A stretch of DNA of 64,000 bases. It comes from Kofleriaceae bacterium. GTDB taxonomy: Bacteria; Myxococcota_A; Polyangia; Haliangiales; Haliangiaceae. The position numbers and the translations under genes are program-made. The stretch's first letter is position 1. Each line of letters begins with the position of its first letter. This document shows, in pieces, positions 36,758-49,239 of the stretch. The stretch covers positions 1 through 64,000 of the forward strand of contig CBDCCZ010000032.1 of assembly GCA_965215005.1 (NCBI GenBank), read 5' to 3'. The notes beneath the pieces were generated by a model. It searched no databases and had not been told where the DNA came from. It was given only the letters and a program-made list of their open reading frames with translations.

Positions 36758-38170
36758 TCACGTCGGCCCCGTTGGACATGGTGGCCGGGCGTCGGGACAC
36801 TCGGCCCAGTAGCGCAGGGCTTCGCTGATGCGGTCTAGGTAGCCTTGATCGCGGACGAGCTCGCGGTAGCCGGGGATGGCGCCGACCCACTGGCGCATGC
36901 GGACGTTGGGCGCATCGGTGAGGTAGAGGGTCGGCAGGCCCAGCAGCGCGGGGCCATCCATCCCGGCGGTGGTGACGCCTAGCTGCCCTTTGAGGGCATG
37001 CGCTCGGCGGAGATACTCAAATAGCTGGAGCTGCGCGCGCCGCAGGTCGTGGCCCGAGAACAGTGGCTCCTTCCAGAACAGCGTCAGATCCACCGCGGCA
37101 TCCGGCACGCGGCCGCCGCGGATGGCATCACCGACGAGGACGGGGAGGAGGCCGACAGCGCGTGCGCGGCGGGTGAGCTCGACGAGCTCGGAGTACATCG
37201 TGTTGCGCAGCGGGTGGTGCTCAGAGTGGCGCACCCAGAGGAGGACTTTGGGCCCGGGATCCGCAATGGCGAGGCGGCGATCGGTCCACTCGATGATCGC
37301 TGGCGGGATCGGTGCCTCTCCGAGAAATGCTGCGCGCAGCGTCCGCTGGGCGGCGGCCGGCTCTGCACGGAAGGCCTCGGCAACGATCGCGGTGAGCTGC
37401 TTGTTGGCGCGCGGCCGGCAGCGATAGGGCGTGAGCCGGCTGCGAAGTCCCGCGTCGCCCAAAAATCGCTCCGCGCTTGCCGTTTGTGGCGCATTCGGCT
37501 CGAGCTGGATGGCGACGCCGGCGAGGAGCGCCGCCGCAGCGAGATACCAGCCTTCGCCGAAGGAGAAGCCTGGATCGGCGTGAAACGTATAGGCGTGGTT
37601 GCGGTCCTCGACGAGCTGCCGCGCCGCTGCGGCAGCCGCGGCAGCCGTCCGCGCGGCCTGCGATGCGGCTTCTCGCTCAGGCTCGAGTGCCATGCGCGCC
37701 GATTCTCGGTCGAGCGCGAGGCCGATCTGCGCCGCTTCTCCGTCGAGCTCGAGTGCCATGCGCGCCGTTTCTCGGTCGAGCGCGAGGGCCATCTGCGCCG
37801 CTTCGGCTGCCGAAGCCTCCGCGGTGGCCACGATTGCTTCGACGCGCCGCCAACCCTCGTTGCACGCTTGCGGCGTGGGAGCCCGCTGGGCGCCGCGAGA
37901 GAGCTGACCGGCGCCGTGACGCGCGTCTTGCGCACGCGCCGCGTGGGCGCGCGCCAGCGTCACGCGGGCACTCGCGAGCGTTGCCGGGCTGGCGTTGCCG
38001 GCGAGGACGCGGCGTGCCTTAACTATCGCGCATTCAAGTTGGCGACGATGCCGCTCGCGAGCGCCGGGCAAGTGCAGCGCACCGACCTGGGCGAGCGCGC
38101 CGGCCAGCAGCGCCGCGGCTTCGCGTTCGAGGGCCTCTGCGTCGAGCCCATCACCACACGTCGAGCTCAT
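36758..38170 (-). CDS. Hypothetical protein with an internal 11/22-aa repeat and a possible GT-B-like C-terminal domain
   Basis: 470-aa ORF 23 bp downstream of rnc; C-terminus VLLWVR..HHP.RN...LVGD...DLTLFW...GVTTAGMDGPALLGLPTLYL. Confidence 0.7.
   Translation of the reverse strand: MSSTCGDGLDAEALEREAAALLAGALAQVGALHLPGARERHRRQLECAIVKARRVLAGNASPATLASARVTLARAHAARAQDARHGAGQLSRGAQRAPTPQACNEGWRRVEAIVATAEASAAEAAQMALALDRETARMALELDGEAAQIGLALDRESARMALEPEREAASQAARTAAAAAAAARQLVEDRNHAYTFHADPGFSFGEGWYLAAAALLAGVAIQLEPNAPQTASAERFLGDAGLRSRLTPYRCRPRANKQLTAIVAEAFRAEPAAAQRTLRAAFLGEAPIPPAIIEWTDRRLAIADPGPKVLLWVRHSEHHPLRNTMYSELVELTRRARAVGLLPVLVGDAIRGGRVPDAAVDLTLFWKEPLFSGHDLRRAQLQLFEYLRRAHALKGQLGVTTAGMDGPALLGLPTLYLTDAPNVRMRQWVGAIPGYRELVRDQGYLDRISEALRYWAECPDARPPCPTGPT
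37681..37804. repeat. Tandem duplication, 66-bp period (33-bp sub-period), in frame
   Basis: 37681-37738 and 37747-37804 match at 55 of 58 bases and encode AAQMALALDRETARMALELDGE/AAQIGLALDRESARMALEPERE. Confidence 0.9.
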
Positions 38171-38193
38171 GTCACACCACGCGCCAGCCTCCC

Positions 38194-38904
38194 CTACTCC
38201 GCGTCCCGCGCCTCGGTCAAGAGCTCGAAGGCCTGGCGTGCCGCCGCCTGCTCGGCTTCTTTCTTGGACTTGCCGGCGGCGCGGGCATACTCTCGATCGC
38301 CCAGGAGCACCGCCACCTCGAACGTCTTGGCGTGATCGGGGCCAGCGTCGCTGATGAGACGATAGACGGGCGAGGCCTTGAGGCGGGCTTGAGCCAACTC
38401 CTGGAGACGGGTCTTATAGTCATAAAAGCCGGCGTCTGGCTCGGCAGCGAGGCGATCGCCAAACAAGCGAGCGATCAGCGCGCGGGCGGTGGCGAATCCA
38501 CCGTCCAAGTACACCGCGGCGATCACGGCTTCGACGGCATCGGCGAGCAGCGAGGGCTTGTCGCGACCGCCACTGCGCTCCTCGCCGTTGCCGAGCCGAA
38601 GCCAGGCGCCGAGATCGAGGCAGCGAGCGACGTCGGCGAGGCCGACCTCGCTCACGATGCGTGCCCGGGTCACCGACAGCTCGCCCTCCCGCAGCGTGGG
38701 AAACGCCTCCATGAGCATGTGACCGATGCAGAGATCGAGCACCGCATCGCCAAGGAACTCGAGCCTCTCGTTGTCGCTGCCGACTTGCTCGGGCTTCTCG
38801 TTGGCAAACGAGCGGTGCGTGAGCGCCGTAATCAGAAGCTCGCGGTTGAGGAACCGATGACCGAGAGCGGCCTCGAGTCGCTCGTAATCCGTCGCAGCGG
38901 GCAC
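38194..38904 (-). CDS. rnc: Ribonuclease III
   Basis: ALTHRS, NERLEFLGDAVL, LADAVEA and a dsRBD (YKTRLQE...SKKEAEQ). Confidence 0.97.
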   Translation of the reverse strand: MPAATDYERLEAALGHRFLNRELLITALTHRSFANEKPEQVGSDNERLEFLGDAVLDLCIGHMLMEAFPTLREGELSVTRARIVSEVGLADVARCLDLGAWLRLGNGEERSGGRDKPSLLADAVEAVIAAVYLDGGFATARALIARLFGDRLAAEPDAGFYDYKTRLQELAQARLKASPVYRLISDAGPDHAKTFEVAVLLGDREYARAAGKSKKEAEQAAARQAFELLTEARDAE

Positions 38905-38977
38905 GGGGCGCGACCGTAGCACGCACCCGCGCCAGCGCAGCAATTGCCCAAGGATGCGGCAGATAGCGCCCGCGCCG

Positions 38978-40105
38978 TTACAGGACGCGAAGCTGGCTCG
39001 AGCGCTGCGCCGGTCCCAGCGTCGGGGCGATCCAGCCGCCGCCTAGCACCACGTCATCGGCATAAAAGACCGCGGCTTGGCCGGGCGCGGCGATCGGCGC
39101 TTCGCCGAGGAAGGTCACCGTGGCGCTGCGGTCGGCATCGAGCACGAGCTCAGCGGCGATTGGACGCGCGCGATGGCGAACCTGCACCAACACCTCTGCG
39201 GGCAGCGACGAAGCCGGGCCGAGCCAGCGAACATCGCGAATCGTCAAGCTGTTGCGACGGGCGCCTTCGCGCTCGCCCACGACGACTCGGTTGGCTGCGG
39301 GATCGATGGCCACGACATAGGCCGGCTTGCCGCCGAGCACGTTGCCGAGGCCGCGACGTTGGCCCACCGTATAGTGATGCACCCCCGCGTGGCGGCCGAC
39401 GACGGCACCGGTGCCATCGACGATGTCGCCGTCGCCGAGCTGATGGCCACGAGCGCGGGCGCGAGCAGCCACAAATCCTGCGTAATCCCCATCGGGCACG
39501 AAGCAGATCTCTTGCGAATCGGGCTTGTCGGCATTGGGCAATTGCGCCGCCCGCGCCTGCGCGCGCACCTCATCTTTGGTGAGCGCCCCCAGCGGAAACT
39601 CGATGGCGCCGAGCTCGTGGCGCGGCATCGAGAACAGAAAGTAGGACTGATCTTTTTTTACATCGACGCCACGGCGCAGCTGCCAGCCAGCCGCACCCTG
39701 CTCGATCCGCGCGTAGTGACCCGTGACGATGGTTTCGGCACCGAGCGCCCGCGCCCGCTGGAGCAGCGGCGTGAACTTGATGTGCTGGTTGCACTTCACG
39801 CACGGATTGGGTGTCTCGCCGGCGAGATAGGAATCGACGAAATCATCGATGACCTGCCGCTCGAAGTCGGCTTGGAAGTCGACGACGTAAAACGGAATCC
39901 CCAGGTGTTGGCAAACCCGCCGCGCATCTTCGATATCGCGCGGCCCGCAGCAGCGGCCGCCGACGGATGCTTGAGTGCCGCGGGCATCGTAGAGGCGCAT
40001 GGTCATGCCGACGACGCGGCGCCCCTGGGCCACGAGCATGGCCGCCGCAGTGGCGCTGTCGACCCCGCCTGAGAGAGCGGCGACAATGGGTGGCTGATCG
40101 GTCAT
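38978..40105 (-). CDS. mnmA: tRNA 2-thiouridylase MnmA
   Basis: SGGVDS, TPNPCVKCN, TGHYAR, KDQSYFL, DSQEICF, YTVGQRRGL and APGQAAVFY. Confidence 0.97.
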   Translation of the reverse strand: MTDQPPIVAALSGGVDSATAAAMLVAQGRRVVGMTMRLYDARGTQASVGGRCCGPRDIEDARRVCQHLGIPFYVVDFQADFERQVIDDFVDSYLAGETPNPCVKCNQHIKFTPLLQRARALGAETIVTGHYARIEQGAAGWQLRRGVDVKKDQSYFLFSMPRHELGAIEFPLGALTKDEVRAQARAAQLPNADKPDSQEICFVPDGDYAGFVAARARARGHQLGDGDIVDGTGAVVGRHAGVHHYTVGQRRGLGNVLGGKPAYVVAIDPAANRVVVGEREGARRNSLTIRDVRWLGPASSLPAEVLVQVRHRARPIAAELVLDADRSATVTFLGEAPIAAPGQAAVFYADDVVLGGGWIAPTLGPAQRSSQLRVL

Positions 40106-40128
40106 GATGGCTCGCTTGGACGCGTAAC

Positions 40129-41499
40129 ATGGAGGAAGACCTCGCCGAACGCAACCTGTCAACCGGCACTCGACTGGTGCTCGAATGCGAAGCGCTCGAC
40201 GATGCCGGCAGCGGTATCGCCACGGCCGACGGCCATGCGGTCCATGTCGCGGGACTGATTCCCGGTGAGCGTGGCACCGTCGTGATCGAGCACGTTAGCT
40301 CGCATCGACGGCAGGCGTGGGCGCGGCTCGAAGCGCGGCGGGGGTTGCCGAGCCCGGCGCGGGTGGAACCGTCGTGTCCAGGGTTTGGCCGCTGCGGCGG
40401 CTGCAGCTGGCAGATGCTGGCGTATCCCGCGCAATGCACGCACAAGCGCCAACGGGTCGTCGAGGCGCTCGCCGCCGCCGGCGTGCACTGCGACGTCGAC
40501 CAGGTCATCGCCTCGCCCACTGAGAGTGGCTATCGCAACAAGGGCAAGTACGTCGTCGGCATGCGCAACGGCGAGCTCGCGCTCGGCGCGTGGGCGCCGC
40601 GCACCCATGCCTTCGTCGACACCCTCGGTTGCCGCGTCGTGACGCCGGCGATCGATGCTGCCGCCGCGCGGCTGCGCACCCATCTCGCCGCCCAGCCGCT
40701 CACCGTTTACGACGAGCGCCAGCGCCGCGGTCAGCTGCGCTATGCGATCCTTCGCGCCGGCATCGACGAGGCGCTGCTCGTCGTCCTCGTCACCACCAGC
40801 CACACCCCGCGTGCACCACTTCTGGCAGTGGCGCGCGCGATGCTCGAGGACGGCGCTGCGGGGGTCGTTTGGATGCGCAACGACACCACCGGCGGCGCCA
40901 TCTTGGCCGACGACGTCGAGCTGCTCGCCGGTCGCGCCACCGTGACCGACGTGGTTGCAGGCGTGCCCGTGGACGTGGGTGCCAAGGATTTTCTCCAGGT
41001 GCATCGGTCGCAGGCCGAGCGCCTTTACGACGACGTCGCCGCTCTCGCCGGTGTTACCCCCGGGGCGCTGGCCATCGATCTGTATTGCGGCGTGGGTGGC
41101 TTTGCCTTCGCCCTCGCCCGTCGCGGCGCACGCGTCATCGGCATCGAGCGCGTCGGCGACGCGGTGGCCGCGGGCAACCGTGCAGCCGCGGCCGCTGGCC
41201 TCAGCGAGCGCGTCGAGCTCCGAGTCGGCGATGCGGCCTCGCTCGCCACGCTGCCGAAGGCGTCGCTGATCGTCGTCGATCCGCCGCGCAAAGGCCTCGA
41301 TGCGGCGACTCGCGCCGCGCTTGCCGACCATCGCCCCCCCGCCCTCCTCTACGTGAGCTGCGGCCCCGACGCGCTCGGCCGCGACCTCGCGGTGTTTGTC
41401 GCCGCGGGCTATCAGCTCGAGCGCGTGCGCCCCTACGACCTCATGCCCGGCACCGCCCACATCGAAACCGTTGCGCTGCTGCGCCGCCCAAGCAAGTGA
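40129..41499 (+). CDS. rlmD: 23S rRNA m5U methyltransferase (RlmD/TrmA family)
   Basis: TRAM-like N-terminus, CPGFGRCGGC Fe-S motif, YRNK, DLYCGVG, DPPRKG, YVSC and HIETV. Confidence 0.9.
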   Translation: MEEDLAERNLSTGTRLVLECEALDDAGSGIATADGHAVHVAGLIPGERGTVVIEHVSSHRRQAWARLEARRGLPSPARVEPSCPGFGRCGGCSWQMLAYPAQCTHKRQRVVEALAAAGVHCDVDQVIASPTESGYRNKGKYVVGMRNGELALGAWAPRTHAFVDTLGCRVVTPAIDAAAARLRTHLAAQPLTVYDERQRRGQLRYAILRAGIDEALLVVLVTTSHTPRAPLLAVARAMLEDGAAGVVWMRNDTTGGAILADDVELLAGRATVTDVVAGVPVDVGAKDFLQVHRSQAERLYDDVAALAGVTPGALAIDLYCGVGGFAFALARRGARVIGIERVGDAVAAGNRAAAAAGLSERVELRVGDAASLATLPKASLIVVDPPRKGLDAATRAALADHRPPALLYVSCGPDALGRDLAVFVAAGYQLERVRPYDLMPGTAHIETVALLRRPSK

Positions 41500-41607
41500 G
41501 CTGCTCAATCCTCCGTAGAGCGCTCTAGCTCATCGGCATCAACGACATCCCGAGCACGCCCGGTCTTGTCAGCGAGGTGATCGTGCCGCTATGAACGCGC
41601 GACCCCG

Positions 41608-42012
41608 CTATGGCGCGACGGCTGCCATCAACTCGTCCTCGATGGCGACGGTGACCGCCGCACGCGACGAGAGCGTCACGACTCGATCGATCCACACCGG
41701 CTCGTTTGCGGTGGTGGCGGTGATATCGACCCGATAGGCGCCGTCGGTGGTCGCCAGGGTGAAGGACACGCTGCTCGGTGCTCCGCTGGTGAAGGTCCGT
41801 TCAAAGGTGCTGATGGGCGCCACCGCGCCGTCTTCATAGAGGTCGACTTGCAGCTGGCGGATCAGCGGCGCGGCGCGGCCGAGCTCGACGACCACCGTGA
41901 CCTCGGCGAGCTCGCTTTCGCAGGTTTGACTCGCCAGCACCAGCAGTGCCACGAAGAACGCGGCCGGAGCGAGCCGGCGGCGCAGGGTATGCCAAACGCT
42001 CGGAGACGTCAT
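41608..42012 (-). CDS. Hypothetical exported/membrane-anchored protein
   Basis: MTSPSVW start, a hydrophobic N-terminal helix and a beta-rich body. Confidence 0.6.
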   Translation of the reverse strand: MTSPSVWHTLRRRLAPAAFFVALLVLASQTCESELAEVTVVVELGRAAPLIRQLQVDLYEDGAVAPISTFERTFTSGAPSSVSFTLATTDGAYRVDITATTANEPVWIDRVVTLSSRAAVTVAIEDELMAAVAP

Positions 42013-42149
42013 CCCGCGAACCCTACGCGACTCGGCACCGCGAGCCACGCAAAACCACCAAGGAACACTGAACGCAGCCGCAGCTGTGCGGTCAGGCCTC
42101 GACTCCCCGGTTATCGAGACGGTTCTCGGACGCCCGGCCGCCCGCATCG

Positions 42150-42992
42150 ATGACTTCTTCGCGACGCATCGATCAAAAAGTTGCCGCTCGACGGCTGGCT
42201 TCTTATCGTCGCTCGGTGCGCGGGTCGGCCATCGTTCTCCTGCTCGCCTTTGCGGCGCATGGGCTCGGCTGCGCGCGACGCTCGGTGCCGTATCACTTCC
42301 GCGCGCCGTTGGTCTCCGGCGTTCACGCCGCACCGCTGCCCCGCGACCCTGGCTCCCCAGCAACGCGAGCACGCCCGCGCGCGCCGCAGCGAAGGCCGAG
42401 TCAAATCATCGTGCGCCGCATCGATCGCGACCTGCCGGCGCCGCATCGCCACGAGACGCCAGCCCTGCCGCAGCGCGTTGAGCTCAGCATCGGCGGCGAG
42501 CCGCTCGAGCCGAGCGAGCACCCGGTGCAGTCTCCCACCACGGTTCCCGACTCTCTGCGCGCTCTCGTCGGTCGCCGCAGCGATGGCACCAGCGTCGCGC
42601 TCGCCATTACCGCCGCTCGCAGCCTCGGGGGACGACTCTCACCCGCGCTCGATGCCCTCTCCACCACCGATGAGCTGCTCGAGCTAGCGGCTGACAAAGA
42701 CGCCATCGCCGAAGATCTGGCCCTCACCGGCGACTTGGTCGTCGTTGCCGACTACGCTGGAATCGTCGTGGACATCGACGAGCGCGGCGTGAGCGAGTTC
42801 GTCTATCTCGCCAGCGGCGTCGTCCGCCGCGGTTTTTTCGATCGCAGTCGCCCCGACCTCGCTCGCGACGAGGCGGGCCGCGTCGTCAACTCCTTCGTCT
42901 GGCATGGAGCGGGCATGCCGCCGCTGGACCGCAGCCACCTCGCCGGCTCGGAGCTGCGCGCGGTCATTCGCCTCGAGCGCCTGGTTCGCTGA
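42150..42992 (+). CDS. Lipoprotein with degenerate CHAP/NlpC-P60-like domain
   Basis: Lipobox LLLAFAAHGLGC, a Pro-rich linker, then GDLVV...AGIV.DID..G...F...SGVVR. Start uncertain. Confidence 0.55.
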   Translation: MTSSRRIDQKVAARRLASYRRSVRGSAIVLLLAFAAHGLGCARRSVPYHFRAPLVSGVHAAPLPRDPGSPATRARPRAPQRRPSQIIVRRIDRDLPAPHRHETPALPQRVELSIGGEPLEPSEHPVQSPTTVPDSLRALVGRRSDGTSVALAITAARSLGGRLSPALDALSTTDELLELAADKDAIAEDLALTGDLVVVADYAGIVVDIDERGVSEFVYLASGVVRRGFFDRSRPDLARDEAGRVVNSFVWHGAGMPPLDRSHLAGSELRAVIRLERLVR

Positions 42993-43100
42993 ACCCGACT
43001 CGGCCGGCTCCTCCACGCGGTGAGCCGCGGTCGCTCCAGAGATTGCGCACCGGGCTAGAAAATAGCCGCGTAGGTTGAGGTAAGCTGCTGCGCAACCGCC

Positions 43101-43183
43101 GGGGCAGTGGCGGAATGGTATACGCGGCAGACTTAAAATCTGCTGGCCGTAAGGCCGTGCGGGTTCGAGCCCCGCCTGCCCCA
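43101..43183 (+). tRNA. tRNA-Leu (anticodon UAA), CCA not encoded
   Basis: Acceptor GGGGCAG/CTGCCCC-A, D-arm GGCGGAATGGTATACGC, anticodon arm GCAGA-CTTAAAA-TCTGC, long variable arm GGCCGTAAGGCC and T-arm GCGGGTTCGAGCCCCGC. Confidence 0.97.
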
Positions 43184-43224
43184 CTTCCTTGCAGAGTCGG
43201 CTGCACCGCGACGCACTTCAGCGC

Positions 43225-43253
43225 TTGACGCCTGAACGTGTGTTCCGTAGCCT
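43225..43253 (+). promoter_or_regulatory. Sigma70-type uvrA promoter with a LexA (SOS) box in the spacer
   Basis: TTGACG (43225-30), 17 bp, TAGCCT (43248-53). The spacer holds CTGAACGTGTGTTCCG, which contains GAAC-N4-GTTC. Confidence 0.75.
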
Positions 43254-43265
43254 TCCGGCACCTTC

Positions 43266-46256
<2,991 letters not shown>

Positions 46257-46525
46257 AACGTGCGGGCGATGACGGATTGCAGCACGACGAGCGGGACCGG
46301 TGTCTGCGGTTCCTCGCTCCGCTCCTGGGCCGATTCTGCACGCGGCCTTGGCGAAGCTCATCGACCTGCCCGATGCGAAATCATGGTGTGACCAATGCTA
46401 CGAAGGCGCCGGGAGCCTGCACGAAGGGACGAATGAGCCTGACGGGGAGCGCCGAATGTCTCGCATACTGTCCACGCAACCTGCTGAAATTAAAGAATCC
46501 GGAAAGTCTGTGATCAAATCCGGAG

Positions 46526-47302
46526 GTGACGCTCCAGCATTCGGCGCACATTGAAACCCGAATGAACGCCGCCAGCTCTACTCAGCCCGCCGCGTCGGAC
46601 ACGCCGCCTACGCGGGAGCACGCCCTGCTTTCGCTGCTGCGCGTGCTCAGTCACGACGTGCGCACGCCGCTGCAAGCGGTCATGGTCGCCTGCGAGCTCC
46701 TCGATGAAGGCACCGCCGGCGCAGTCCGCAGCCGTCTGCAAAAAAGCGCCGATCGCTCGTTGCGCGTCATCAGCGACAGCGTCGACTACGCGCGGCTCTT
46801 GCTAGGTCACGACTTTGGTCCCGCCTCGCCGGTGTCGCTGCACGACCTGTTCTTGCGTCACCAGCAAGAGGAGGAGACACCACTGCTTCGGCTCGAGGGC
46901 GCCAAAGGGGCCGCGACCGGCATGTGGAACACCTATCTGATGGAGCGGCTCACGCTGCGTCTCCTCGGCATGGTGCGCGACGCCAACGAGCCCATCGAAG
47001 GCCGCTTCGAGCGCCACGACGACCGCATCAGCCTCGAGCTCGAAGGCCGCGCGCTGGTCACCGACCGCCGCCTGCGCCGTCTCGGCGGCAGCGATCCGCA
47101 CACGGAGGTCGGCAGCACCGAGGATCTTGCGCCGCTTTTGGTCACGGGCATCGCCGAGGCGCACGGCGGCTCCGTCACGCTTGACACCTCGGCGACGTCA
47201 GCGACCGCTCGCATCGAGCTTCCTCGCGACGCGTCGGAGGCGCTGGTCGCGGTGCGCAATGCCCGCCTCGCCGAGCTCGCGCGGATCCCCTCGCCGTCGT
47301 AG
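46526..47302 (+). CDS. Histidine-kinase-like protein with intact H-box and degenerate ATPase domain
   Basis: LSHDVRTPLQAV H-box and IAEAHGGSV...ARIELPR tail; no N, G1 or G2 boxes. Start may be ATG 46562. Confidence 0.7.
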   Translation: MTLQHSAHIETRMNAASSTQPAASDTPPTREHALLSLLRVLSHDVRTPLQAVMVACELLDEGTAGAVRSRLQKSADRSLRVISDSVDYARLLLGHDFGPASPVSLHDLFLRHQQEEETPLLRLEGAKGAATGMWNTYLMERLTLRLLGMVRDANEPIEGRFERHDDRISLELEGRALVTDRRLRRLGGSDPHTEVGSTEDLAPLLVTGIAEAHGGSVTLDTSATSATARIELPRDASEALVAVRNARLAELARIPSPS

Positions 47303-47349
47303 CCATAGCGGCTGCCGGTCTATCGACCGCTGCAGCGTACAATCCACCG

Positions 47350-48540
47350 CTACAGCTCGTCGCTCGCGAAGGTCTGGACGTCGCGGATATGATCGGCGCC
47401 GCAGATCATCATCGCCAAGCGGTCGACGCCCAGCGCAATGCCGCCGCATGGCGGCAGTCCCTCTTCGAGCGCGACCAGCAGTGACTCATCGACGGGATAC
47501 ACCGGCAAGCCGCGCTCGCGTCGCTCGGCCTGATCCGAGCCAAAGCGCGCGCGTTGCTCGATGGGATCCGTGAGCTCACCGAACGCATTGGCCAGCTCGA
47601 TGCCGCCGCAGTACGCCTCGAAGCGCTCTACCACCGCCGGCTGGCCTGGTTTGCGCCGCGCCAGCGCCGCCAGCCGAGCTGGCCAGTCGACCAGAAACAA
47701 CGGTCGCTCGAGCGCCGCCAGCGCCGGCTCCACCCGCTCGACGAAGGCACAGAAGAACACGTCGTCCCAGCGCTCGGCGGTGCCCGTGTCGATGCCCGCC
47801 GCGGTCACCGCGGCAGCCAAGGTTGCCGCGGACTCATCGCCCCGCACCTGCACGCCGGCGTAGCGCTCCATCGCCTCGGCCACCGACAACCGCGGCCACG
47901 GCGGCGACACGTCGAGCTCCCGGCCAGCGACCACAACCCTCGGCGCGCCGCGCACCGCCATTGCCACCGCCGCCACCAGCGCTTCGGTGTCGGCCAAGAT
48001 CGCGTCGAGCCCGCTCCACGCCCGATACCACTCGAGCATCGTAAATTCGCTGGCGTGATGAGGTCCGTCCTCCTCTACGCGCGCGCATTTGCAGACCGTA
48101 AAGATGCGCTCGAGGCCCGCGGCCAATAGGCGCTTCATCTGATACTCGGGCGAGGTAATCAGCCATTGATCGCCTGCCTGCAGCGCCCGCAGGTGAACCT
48201 CGAGCCCGGGCGAAGGCACCACCAGAGGCGTCTCCACCTCGATGAACTCGCGCGCCGCGAAGAATTCGCGCAGCGCCGCCAGCATCTGACCGCGTCGCCG
48301 GAGGTTGTCGAGACGGCGCCGCGGCAGGCGCAGAGTCTCAGCGCCAGGCCTCGGATAGTCGCCACCGCGATAGCCGACGACGACCTGCAGCGCGCCGCAC
48401 TCGTCGCTCTCCACCAGGTCGCCGGCAGCGATGTCAGCGACCAGCGGCACTTCGAGCTCGCGCGCCTCGGTACGGATGATCAGCGAGCGCTCCGTGACTG
48501 CCAGAACCCGGCCACGCACCCTCACCGGCTCGCTTGCCAC
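47350..48540 (-). CDS. epmA: EF-P beta-lysylation protein EpmA (GenX/PoxA)
   Basis: FIEVETP, TSPEYQMKRLLAAG, EFTMLEWYR, ERFE, ELANAFGEL and GIALGVDRL; adjacent to efp. Confidence 0.94.
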   Translation of the reverse strand: MASEPVRVRGRVLAVTERSLIIRTEARELEVPLVADIAAGDLVESDECGALQVVVGYRGGDYPRPGAETLRLPRRRLDNLRRRGQMLAALREFFAAREFIEVETPLVVPSPGLEVHLRALQAGDQWLITSPEYQMKRLLAAGLERIFTVCKCARVEEDGPHHASEFTMLEWYRAWSGLDAILADTEALVAAVAMAVRGAPRVVVAGRELDVSPPWPRLSVAEAMERYAGVQVRGDESAATLAAAVTAAGIDTGTAERWDDVFFCAFVERVEPALAALERPLFLVDWPARLAALARRKPGQPAVVERFEAYCGGIELANAFGELTDPIEQRARFGSDQAERRERGLPVYPVDESLLVALEEGLPPCGGIALGVDRLAMMICGADHIRDVQTFASDEL

Positions 48541-48541
48541 G

Positions 48542-49105
<564 letters not shown>

Positions 49106-49239
49106 TGGCTCGGAATACCCGAGTGAAACCAGACGTGTCAACGGATTGCGGCGCCGTCCGCAGCGACCATCACGGCGCTCCCGCGGCCCCGCTCGATGCG
49201 CCGTTGCGTCTCGGTCAGCCGGTCTGCTACCTCTTCGCC

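Noticed and set aside
37681..37804. CRISPR array
   Set aside because: Only two adjacent in-frame units with no unique spacers and no cas genes; no CRISPR array was seen anywhere in the window.
41516..41527. Perfect 12-bp palindrome TAGAGCGCTCTA between convergent genes
   Set aside because: It is a single occurrence with no loop or U-tract and could be chance.
43101..43183. bldA-like developmental control by the rare tRNA-Leu(UAA)
   Set aside because: TTA codons occur in ordinary genes here (e.g. uvrA GAG TTA ACC at 45126-45134), so there is no sign of restriction to a regulon.
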